DNA from: Oikopleura dioica
Lineage: Eukaryota; Animalia; Chordata
Direction: 5' to 3'
DNA length: 64,000 nucleotides
Assembly: GCA_907165135.1 (NCBI GenBank)
Contig: CAJRAX010000008.1
Span: 1-64,000, forward strand
Shown one piece after another: positions 13,760-24,220 of this stretch. Numbering within the stretch: position 1 is the first letter of the stretch; every line of letters begins with the position of its first letter. Below the pieces are notes generated by a model. The model ran no database searches. It was not told the DNA's origin and saw nothing but the letters and a program-made list of their open reading frames with translations. The position numbers were made by a program, and so were the translations under genes.

Positions 13760-14358
13760 AAAACGACTCCAAAAACTTCACCAAAATACAGTCAGGAAAA
13801 GGGCCCAAAAGAATCAGAAATTTCCAAAGAAAAAGTGAAAAAAGAGACTCGGAGCCCTCGAAAAGACTCAAAAATCGCCCAAAAACCCCCTTTTCTGCCG
13901 CAAACAAGCTCAAGAATCTTCAACCTCAGGAAAAGACTCGCTAAATCTGATAAATTCTCACTCAAAAGAATCTACTTCACTTTCAATTAGCAAAAATCAC
14001 AGAAAAGAGTCTTACGAGAGAAAACACTTTTCCTCGAATTGCGCACCACCTCCACCACCAATCTCCACAAAAAGATCCGAAAGAGCACAAGAATCAGGAA
14101 ATGGTCTCAAGAATCTAAAGATTTGAATCAAAATAGCATAAAATCCAAATTGGAGACCGTGGGAAAGTTGCAAAGTTGACTCACGAAATAGAGCGCGCTG
14201 ATTGGCGGAGCACCAAAACGAGCCAGGATAAGCCAGGGCTCAAGCGAAAAATTGCCTAAATCAGCTTCATTTCTTCTCCAACAAAAAGAGAATCACCCAG
14301 AGCCCTTTATAAAGAGAAAAACCACTGGATTCCGCTAGAATCAGACGCGTCAAAACCA

Positions 14359-14525
14359 ACCGATTCCTGCGGGAACTGAGTCACCGGGTCCATCTTGATC
14401 GCCGATTTGATCTTCCTCCAGTAGTCTGGCTCGTCGATCGGGTTTTTGGTGATTCCGGCTTCCTCTCGGAGTCTTTCGAGCTCTTCAGCGTCGTGAATCT
14501 GTGCGTCTTGTGCGTCTCGGGTCAT
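14359..14525 (-). pseudogene. X ORF4 N-terminus (MTRDAQDAQIHDAEELERL...), truncated by the fold-back
   Basis: ATG 9 nt after a pyrimidine-rich TTTCTTCAG; frame open up to the palindrome junction; plus-strand copy at 7782-~7949. Confidence 0.5.
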
Positions 14526-14700
14526 TTCTAGAGTCTGAAGAAACGCCTTTGTTAGCAAAGAATCGAAATTTTGGTTTTGGCTAGTTTTGTTTGGAGGAGC
14601 GCAAGGAAAATTTGAAAAGAAAGAGCGAAATTTTAAAAAGAAGCACGAGAAAAAGAGTCTAAATTAAGATCCGGAAGGGAAGAATCTTTTTTTGATTCTC

Positions 14701-17700
14701 TGGTTTTGACGCGTCTGATTCTAGCGGAATCCAGTGGTTTTTCTCTTTATAAAGGGCTCTGGGTGATTCTCTTTTGTTGGAGAAGAAATGAAGCTGATTT
14801 AGGCAATTTTTCGCTTGAGCCCTGGCTTATCCTGGCTCGTTTTGGTGCTCCGCCAATCAGCGCGCTCTATTTCGTGAGTCAACTTTGCAACTTTCCCACG
14901 GTCTCCAATTTGGATTTTATGCTATTTTGATTCAAATCTTTAGATTCTTGAGACCATTTCCTGATTCTTGTGCTCTTTCGGATCTTTTTGTGGAGATTGG
15001 TGGTGGAGGTGGTGCGCAATTCGAGGAAAAAGTGTTTTTCTCTCGTAAGACTCTTTTTCTGTGATTTTTGCTAATTGAAAGTGAAGTAGATTCTTTTTGA
15101 GTGAGAATTTATCAGATTTAGCGAGTCTTTTCCTGAGGTTGAAGATTCTTGAGCTTGTTTGCGGCAGAAAAGGGGGGTTTTTGGGCGATTTTTGAGTCTT
15201 TTCGAGGGCTCCGAGTCTCTTTTTTTTCACTTTTTCTTTGGAAATTTCTGATTCTTTTGGGCCCTTTTCCTGACTGTATTTTGGTGAAGTTTTTGGAGTC
15301 GTTTTCTAGTCGCTTCCCGTGGCTTCAGCGACATTCAGACGAGCGAATCGTTCTTCGATGTTTTGGCGGTCTTGAGACCAGACGTTCGGGAAGAGATTCT
15401 CGACTTTGGCTTCCTCTCCGTGGTCTAGGTCAAGATTCTCCGCTGCCTTGATTCCGTCGAGGATTATGTCCCTGATGTGGGTCGTGAACGGTGCGTCTGG
15501 GGCTAGAATGTGGGTTTTGGCCGTCACATTCTCCCAGGTTGTTCGATTGGCTCTTATTTTGAGCTTGTCTATTTTCGAGACTGCTCGGTTTTTAGCGTCG
15601 AAGCCGTTGCAGCATCTGACCATGGTTTCCGCCACCCTGGGGTGTGCCCAACACGGGGTAAATGCAGATTCGTAGTCCCCATCGCAGGCCATTTGGAAGA
15701 TTTCCCAGAGTCCCGAGATTCTTGGGTTTTTGTCCCCTTGGAGTGTTCGATGAAGATTCTTCGTTGGGCCCTGGGTGACGAATTTAACGTAAGGTGCCGT
15801 CTTTTGTGAAGGGAGAATCAGCACTGTGTTTTTCTGGCATGTGAGTTCGCTGATAATTTTTGCCACTTCCATCCATTTGTCTCCAGATTTTTGGAGATAG
15901 AATCCGCCAGTCTCGGGAGATGTTGATTCTTTCTGGTTGAGGTGTTTCCAACTACGAAAGCGTCGAATTTTCCTCCGCATCTTTCTAGCCCTGCGTGGTA
16001 GATGACTATTCCAGCTGCTCCCGGATTCTCGAATCGTGGTCTTTTTAAGACTCTTCCGAACTTTCGGAGGCTTTCGCTGAGGTTCGCTGCTGTGTCGTTT
16101 TCTCCCTGAAAAAGGATTGCCGTGGATTTCCAAGCGTTTACGATAGAGTCGAATCCTTCGACTACGCTGGTCTGGATTCTCTGGATGAGGTCTTCGCCAG
16201 CGTCCTTTAGCATAGTCGTTTTGAAAGATTCGGAGAGTTTGTAGAAGGTTTCTTGCCATTCCTCGCTGTCAATGGACATTTTTGTGCCCTGGGGAGTCCT
16301 TTCTGTATGAAGCCGTTTGCGACTCGGCATTTCTCTGAGCAGTCTGGTTGGCGAGATTCTTTGAGTTCTTGGAATCCTTGATGTGTTTTACACCAAGTCG
16401 TGCTCGCTTCCGCTTCCCACACATTGGCCATTCGCACGATCTTTCTCTCTTTTCTGGTTGTTCTCGAAGGAATCTGAGTCTCGTGACTCCCGTGACTTCT
16501 TCTCTTTTCTGCATCCAGGTGTCGATGAAGTTGTCCAGAGTCTTGTTTGGGCTGAATCTTTTGCCATTTGCCCAGTTCCAGCCAGTTGATAAGATTCCGA
16601 GGTTATGCTCGAGTGAGCGCAAGTGAGAATGGGCTTTTGTGTCTCTTACAACCTTGGCGATGATTTCCAGGATGATCTTCTGAGTTCGAAAGGGGCGGTT
16701 GACTCCGACTAAGCAGGCTCCTGAGGCGTAGAAGTTTCTTGTTGGCTTCTGGAACGCCGAGATGCATTCTTTGACGTTTTGGGTGGTCCAAGGTTTGGAG
16801 GCTAGCTTCTCGAGCGCCTCTGATTCTAACGGCGTGAGCGCTGGGTGGGCTGCAAGGGAGAGGAGGGATTTCGCTTTGATAAAATCAGAGTCCTCGCCGT
16901 AGTTGAAAACCCATATTTGAGGTACGACTTTGTAAGGAATCCACAGGATCCAGTGGGAATCCCCTTTTCCAACTTCTTTGACTCTAACCGTGGTATTAAT
17001 CGGGTTAACTTTTTTCGCCGCTGACTCCAGCCACTTTTTGAGGGACCGGGAATCCTTGAGTTCGCTCCAGTCCACGTGCCATTGGGTGGGCATTTCCTTG
17101 CAGCTTCCGTCTTGACCAATGACTGAGTCTTGGATGAGCTGTTTTTGCACCAGGTGGAGCAGCAGTGGTGAGAGAATCTTTGTTAAGGGAGTCGGATTCG
17201 GAATGGGTGAGTCTTCCGATGCATATTCGCCGATTATGTCGATGATCCATGCGTTCACATTCGCCGGTTTTTTGTTCGCCCATTGGGTATCCTCGTTTGC
17301 TTTGAGTTCTAGCCAGGCATTTTTCTGATGGCAAATCTCATGCCAGTCGCTGTGGAGAGACTTCAGCATCTTGAGCGAGTCCAGTAGTTCTTCTGGCGTA
17401 ATAAAAGCGTCTGACCTTGGCATTGCGTCGAAAATCGTTTCAAGACCTTTCTTTATGAGTCTTCGGAGCCAATTGTCGTCCGTGAAGCTTGGGCGTTCGT
17501 AATTCGCCTGGGTCTTGATTTTGCTCTCACCGATTACTCGGAGGCAAACGAAATGCCAGAATCCCTCGTTCAGGATATCTTGATTTTCTAGGTCTTCCCA
17601 CTCGCGGAACCAGTCTTGGCTCTTGATTTTCGCCCATTTGTTGAGCTCCTCCGAGATGTTGTTCGGAAAGAGTCTGCTTTTCTCCATCGCGCTTTGGGAT

Positions 17701-18971
17701 TCCGAGTTACGCTGAGAGTCTAGCCTCCTGGCCACGATTCTTATTGGTCCTTTTTCTATTTTCAGGGCTTCGAGTAGATTGGAGATGGTTTCGCATTCGT
17801 CCAGCTTGACGCTTGGGTCCTCAGTCGTGCCCGCTGAGTCTGCTTTTAGAAGCTTCGTGGGCTCTCCATTGGCTTAAATGGATATGGCTTTGATTCGAGT
17901 TGCCAAGAATCCGCGAGGTCGGTTTCTGCTTCTGCAATTTCGTCTGCGATGATGGAGAGTATGAAACCAGGCTCGTTGCTCCTGTGAGCGACCCAGAGTG
18001 ATTCTTTTCCTGATGGCGCCGTGAAAATGATCTGGGCCCACGAGGAGAGCTCTGCGAAATTGAATCTCGCTTTTGAAGGAGTCTGCAGATCGAACATCAG
18101 CCTGTGATTCGAGAGAGGCTCGTTTGCATCCGAGGGGACATAAAGTCTGACGAGTCTCGTGGCAATCTTTTGCTCCGCCATTGCAGTGCGGGAAATTCTT
18201 CTCCAATTTATCTGACTCATTAAGAGCAGAGTGTTTCTTTAAGTGGATCAAAGCCTATCCTAAATTTGGAAGGTGTTCGGGGTAGCCCGTTCCTAAAAGA
18301 TTCTGAGGAGAAGAGATCCTTTCCTGGAGATTTCCTCATTGAGGGTTTGGAGTCTTCTTTGGGAGTTCTCGATTGGGCGTGTTGGATCCGAGTCCAAAGC
18401 CACTCCCCATTTGGGGCCGAATTCCAGAGCTGCCTTGACGAAGGCCTCCTCGATCATGTCTAAATGAGAGGGTCAGCAAGTCTAGGGCTTCGAGGAAGAA
18501 ACAGGAATTCCGAATTTCTAAGAAGAGGGTTTCTCTGAATCTAAGAAGCCTGAAGCTGATTGGCTCGGCTCGGCGCGCCGCTGCGGCCGCTTACTGAGTA
18601 AGAATCCCAGAGCCTTCGAGGCGTAATTGCCTGAGGCTGAATGATTTTATAGTCCGTGGACTTTTAGAGGTGAAATAAGCAGGTAGCATCGATTGATGGT
18701 CTACCTAGAGTCTTTTGATTCAGCTTGGAGTCTTATTGGTAATGCTTCTGCTGAGAAAAAGGCTCTATTTAAAATTCCTCGTTTTAGGTTTTAGCTGTAG
18801 GCTAAGAACCTTTCGAATGAACCTGCGTGATTCCGGGGCACCCGCTCGAAACCAGGTGCTCTCGGGCGCCTTTGACACCTTCCGCTGCCTCCTGGGAATC
18901 CCTGCCTCTGGTTACTAGGCTTCCTGCCGCGTTCTATTTCTAGCGGGCTGCTAATCCCTTGTCCTAGATTC
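14701..18971 (-). mobile_element. Element X, right arm copy (ORF3 15306-16279, ORF2 16269-17735, ORF1 17846-18220)
   Basis: Reverse complement of 10093-14358 apart from homopolymer indels. Confidence 0.6.
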
Positions 18972-21647
18972 ATCATGTAATCCCTGCCTTACTTCGTTAA
19001 AAAATTCTCGTTTTTGTTTTCCAAAATAATACCAATCTGGCAACCTTCAAAATCAAGCATTTCTGCTTCATTCATTAATTCGTTTGTTCTTGTTTTTGGA
19101 AGTCGAACAGAGCTTTGCGTTATTTCTGAGTCCATCAAAATAGTTTTATCAATTTGTTGTCGAATTTTTACTGTTTGACTCGGGGCATTGACTGGTTTTG
19201 AATGAGAAAAGGCTTTTTAGAAACTTGGTTATCCGACAATTCTCCAGAGCTTCCCCTTGCGCGTTTGGCGTTTCTATTTGCACTTATATCAAGTTTGTCA
19301 TATGATGTTAAGTCGCCCGAAAATTCAATCTGACGAACAGTTTGATTTCTAGAAGGTAAAATTGCTGACGAACCCGCTACGATATCGAGATCCTCTAATG
19401 AAGTTTCCTCAAAAATGTCATCTCTCTCATTGACCTCACTAACATTTTGAATATCCCCCTGATTACTTTGTGAGATTTCCTTCACCTCGAGATAAGCCTC
19501 TTTAAAAATCTCAATTATATTTAAGTTTATTAGATTTTCGTAATCCTTTAAAATGAGCGTGTTTTTGAATTCCTCGATGTCTAAACTATCAGAGCTTGAT
19601 TCTGTTGTTGATGATTCCGAGTCCGACATAGAATTTTTCGGAAATTCAAATTGCGATTGATGTTCTGCCGTGATGGAGAAAAACTCAACATATGTTAGCT
19701 CATTAATCGAATTTTTATTATCGAGACAGTCTCTTGTTTTCTTCTCACTATCATGATTGAAATTTAAGGGAATTGAATCTTTGCGCTCGTAAAATTTCCT
19801 TAAATCGTTTGCATGGCGAACAAGAATTTTGCCCGTCTCTAGATCTCGACAAGAATACACAGTGGGCGTTTTATTGACAATTATGTAAGGGCCAATAAAT
19901 GGAGGATTGTTTGATCGAAAATTTCTTATCAAGACTTTTTCATTCAGGGCGTATTCTTGGAATTTATCATTTTTTAGTCTTGCACATCTCCGAGATTTTT
20001 CTTCGTCGATATTATCTTTTATGGCTTGAAAATCAATATCAATTTTATCCCTATACTCTCTCCAGTTTGGGTCATTCAAAAAATGTGGAACCTCAATCCC
20101 TGTTTCTATTGAAAATGGAGAAAATTTTGTGACTGAATGCTTTGAACTATTAATTTCATGAAGGGTTTCAGAAAGACAATGATCCCAATTGATAAACTGA
20201 CATCGGGCTTTGAGCCGGCTCTTTAGCGTTCGATTGAAATTCTCGACACTGCCATTAGTTGCTGGATGTCTTGGTGGGCTTGTTTTTAGCTCGATGTTAT
20301 TTTCCGCACAAAATTCACGAATTTTGGAAAATTCAGGAGCGTTATCGAAAATTAACAATTTTGGAAAAATTGGGTTCGAAAAGAGAATAGACTTAAATTT
20401 ATTGAGAAGGTATTCTGATTTTTTTGGAATTTAATGGCAATCCATACGCTTTTTTACTAAAAAAATCAATAGCGGTGAAAATGTAAATATTTCCACTGTC
20501 CGTCGGCCGGAGAGGACCGATCATATCAAAACCCATTTGTTGATAAGGCCCTGTTGGAGATGGAAATGTTTTTGGGGCGGCTCTATTTGGATTACAATTT
20601 GGTTTACTCAATTGACAGTATTTGCATGATCTGATAAACTCGATTACATCTTGGCGCATTTTTTCCCAAAAATATTTCTGATTTAATTTTGAAAATGTTA
20701 TTTCTATTCCAGAATGACCACCTTTATGATATTCATGCATAAGATCGGAACGCAAAACTTCTGGTACGCAAAATTTGTCCAGATTTCCTTCTCTCAAAAT
20801 GAGCTCCCCTGATTCAAGAAAACATAATTTTTTCCGGTGCAATAGATAATATGAAATCTTTTCTGTCGGATTATTCGGCCATCTGTCGATTTTGACGTAT
20901 TCCCTTATAAGCCGTAAAATTGGGTCCAATTTTTGAAGCTCGATAAAATTTTTTGGATCGATTTTAAGGAGAGATATTGTGGTTTTTTCTGTTTTCCCGG
21001 GGTATCTTGATAGATAATCTGAAATCTTAAGAGCGCTTGATGGTTTCTGAAGAATTTTATAATCGAATGTCATAAGCTCAGCTATTCATCTTTGAATTCT
21101 TGAATTATTTGTTTTTAGCGAATTTAAATATTTCATATTTCCATTGTCTGTTATTAAATCAAATTTGGTGTATTTAAGGTAAACGCTCCACTTATTAATA
21201 CAAATTCTAGAGGCCAAAATTTCTTTTTCGAAAATCGTATACTTGATCTGCGTGTCAGAAAAATTACCGCTGTGATATGCGCATGGCCGTAAACAACCGG
21301 AATTATGAACATGGTTTTCTGAAAAAATCTTTTCCGAGCACAAATATAGAACTCCTCCAAAACTCCGGTCGCTTGCATCACACTCCACCACAAATTTTCC
21401 ACCAGAAACCGGCGGTATAAATAATTCAAGCGCTTTTTCCGAGATCAAATTTTTAAGAAAATTAAAAGCGTCTGATGCTTCTTGGGTCCACTTAAAATTA
21501 CCTCGATATGTTTCTGTTATAGGTTTTGCAATTGACGCGAAATTTGCAATATATTTCCGGTGAAAATTCAAGGCTCCGAAAACTGACTGAGCTTCGGCTT
21601 TTGAAGTAGGAAGGATAAGATTTTTAATAGCTCTTACTCTATCTTTC
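18972..21647 (-). pseudogene. pol: Gypsy-A pol fragment (end of RT, RNase H, integrase), inverted
   Basis: ORFs 21086-~21647, 20399-21073 and 19168-20358 match pol-A (VECDAS, HKGGH..CKYC, FDMIGP, DNAPEF). Confidence 0.95.
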
Positions 21648-22101
21648 ATTCTAAAAATGTCCGAATTGCCAAAAGAAACATTGATATCAATCCTCGCTGA
21701 TTTTGGCGAAACGCATTCTCCTACAGATAACAAATCAGAATTAGGTAATAAAGTGAAATTTTGGATCATCAAGAATCATAATAATTGGCAAAAATCAAGC
21801 TCGGGAGAGTTGCTTTTTCTAGCTATTTTGCAAATAAAAAGAGAAACACCTCTTTCGCAGTTTTCTTTATACGAACTCAAGTGTCTTTGTTCCTTTTATT
21901 CTCTTGAAAAAATTCCAAACACGTTTATTAACAAAAAATCAAACATTCGTGAATTTATTATCGCTCAATTTTCTTCTTTCTTTCCAAATCATCCGACAAA
22001 AAATGGTGAACTTGTTTTTTATCCAGACACTTGAGCTCGATATCGGGCTAAAAATATTCGAAGGCAAAAGATGCTCATTTAAGACCCTGGCGTGGCCATG
22101 G
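21645..22101 (+). mobile_element. 3' end of an upstream Gypsy-A copy sharing the next LTR (tandem arrangement)
   Basis: Matches 32299-32755; TTC microhomology at 21645-21647. Confidence 0.9.
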
Positions 22102-23268
22102 TGATACCTTCTGAATAAACAACAAAAAAAAATGAAAAAAAATATTGCTCACAAATAAGCCCGTAGTGCATGAAAAAAAATCAATAAGAGCCATATTGAT
22201 TTTCCCTTGAGCCCTTAACTAAGTGGGTAAAGTTTTTTCGTTAATTTAATCAGAGAAAAATTAAGGGTTCAAGGGCTTTCTCAAAAATAATAATTGGTTA
22301 GGGAGTTACTGCACGTACGCGTGTATCACAACTATAAATCATTGCATGAAAAGGATGATTGTTAAATCGCTTAGAATCACACATATCTATGCCTTTATTT
22401 ACAGTGTTGATTGTAAATAAAAGTATAAGAAGCTCTTAGGACAATTATTTCTGAAAAAATCTTTTCTTTCTGTTATAAAAAAAATTCTACGAACCGCTGA
22501 GGAACGACTGCTGCTTCTCTTCCTTGATTTTCTTCGACGTTGGGACTTATCATCCTTACATGCTTCGCTTCCACGAAAGTGGCTTTTCGCAAAGTAGCCT
22601 GGAGCAGAATATCTCAATATGGCAAACCGCGAATTTAAGCGCGACATGGTAATCAAAGCTTTCGAGCCCGTTACGGCTGCCTTTTTAGTTTTTCTGACCA
22701 AAAGACGAAGATTGCAACTACACAGCGTGCCGATTGTGGAGACAACAACGACTACTACTTCTACTACAACTTGGACAACGATTTAAACGCCTGGAACGAC
22801 TACGATTTGCTTAACGGCTTTGGAAACCTAGAAATACTCTATCAATTGGTGGGTCACATAGTGAGAAAACCGGTTGAAAGAGTCATTTCAAGAAAAATGC
22901 GCCAGCTGTGGCAAAGAAAAATACAGAAAAAATGAAATTTTAAAAGGACGAAAATTATGTAACCGCGATCATTGGGGTTACATAATGAAGATTATGAAAA
23001 TTATATAATGGCTATTTTGCCTTTGGAAAAATTAAAAATGAAAAATTTCATCAGAAAGTTACATAACGCGAGCAACAATGGACAAAAATGGCGCCATGAC
23101 TTCTTAACAATGGAAATCCAGCGCGAACCGGTTGGCAAAAACTTGACCTTTTCCATTTTCAAAATTTGCTCTTCATTCTTGATCTTTCAATAAATCACCA
23201 ACAGCAATTAAAATTTTTTAGTATTTATAGCAAGAATCGTTTTGAGAAAATTAGCAGGAATCGTATCA
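22102..23268 (+). repeat. LTR-A (5' LTR of the full copy and 3' LTR of the upstream fragment)
   Basis: TGATACC...CGTATCA termini; direct repeat of 32756-33920; TATAAA near 22333. Confidence 0.95.
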
Positions 23269-23269
23269 A

Positions 23270-23280
23270 TGGCGGCCACG
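23270..23280 (+). promoter_or_regulatory. Primer binding site of A, TGGCGGCCACG (tRNA-Arg-like)
   Basis: 1 nt after the LTR end; resembles the complement of metazoan tRNA-Arg(CCG/TCG) 3' ends as recalled; host tRNA not checked. Confidence 0.6.
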
Positions 23281-24220
23281 GAAGACTCAATCAACACAAA
23301 GCCTGATCTTGGGACACTTTCAAGTAAGATGTTAAAACTTCCGCAGGAAATTTTAATGGCCCATTTGCCGGTTAACTCTGATAATCAAAAATTTACGCCC
23401 AATATGCCTGATTATGAATTTTCACTTGCCAAAACCAATCTGGCAGACCGAATTAATCAATTTTCATCGTTATTTGACAAAAGCTTGGAATTTTTTTCCT
23501 TAGAATCCGATTCTGAGCTAAAAGCTCAATTCGAAAGAAAATGCATTGATTGTCTACGAAACTCCTGTAGCACAGAATTTTTGAGTCAGTTTGGAAGAGA
23601 ACTCGCGTCTTTTACCACATTTTCGGAGGCACTTGATTTTTTGGATGATATTTTCGGAGAACAGTCTGATGAGGACCGTAAAGAGAAAGCTTTTTGTGAG
23701 CTTGAAAATTTGACAAGACGGACTGATCAGAATGAAAAATATTCGAGTTTTTTGAAGCGAATTAAAACTTTAGCGGCACAAATCAATGAGAAGGCTGATG
23801 CTCAGTCTTTTATTGTTGAGCAAAAATTCAGAAAGAATTTGGAACCATCAAATTTGTCATTTTTAAAAGACCATTGTTTTCATAAAAAATCTTGCGAAGA
23901 AATTTCGGAATTTTTAGATTCTCGAGAGAGGCATTGCCTTGCTCAGATTTCTGCCGTTAATGGAGCAAAAATTGATTCATTTATGGGAGAAACAAAGGAA
24001 CTTTTAAATGAACAGCTTTCGGCGATTTATGCCAGTAATCGTAGAGTTCAGGAGGACCACGAGAAAAAATATGAGGAGTTTTCTGAGGCTATAAAAGAGC
24101 TGAAAGCTACTGTAGCAAAATGGGAAGTTTCTAAAACAAAACCCCAATCCAATAATACACCGCAAACGAAAAGGTTTCCGAGCCCCCAATTTTTTCAAGG
24201 CCCAAATTCCGGTATAATCC

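Larger units (their letters stand above)
10093..14358 (+). mobile_element. Element X, unidentified multi-ORF element (left arm copy)
   Basis: Joined to Gypsy-A pol at CATGAT|GAATCTAGG; markedly more GC-rich than Gypsy-A, GANTC-rich, with co-oriented ORFs. Mobile nature is inferred from its position inside another element. Confidence 0.6.
8959..20106. repeat. ~11.1 kb palindrome, 5.4 kb arms with a 342-bp spacer (14359-14700)
   Basis: 8959-14358 is the reverse complement of 14701-20106; the ORF track is mirrored. Confidence 0.95.

Noticed and set aside
10093-18971. X as a single DNA transposon or DIRS element with giant inverted termini
   Set aside because: The inverted arms continue into flanking Gypsy-A DNA, and no transposase, tyrosine recombinase or RT motif is visible.
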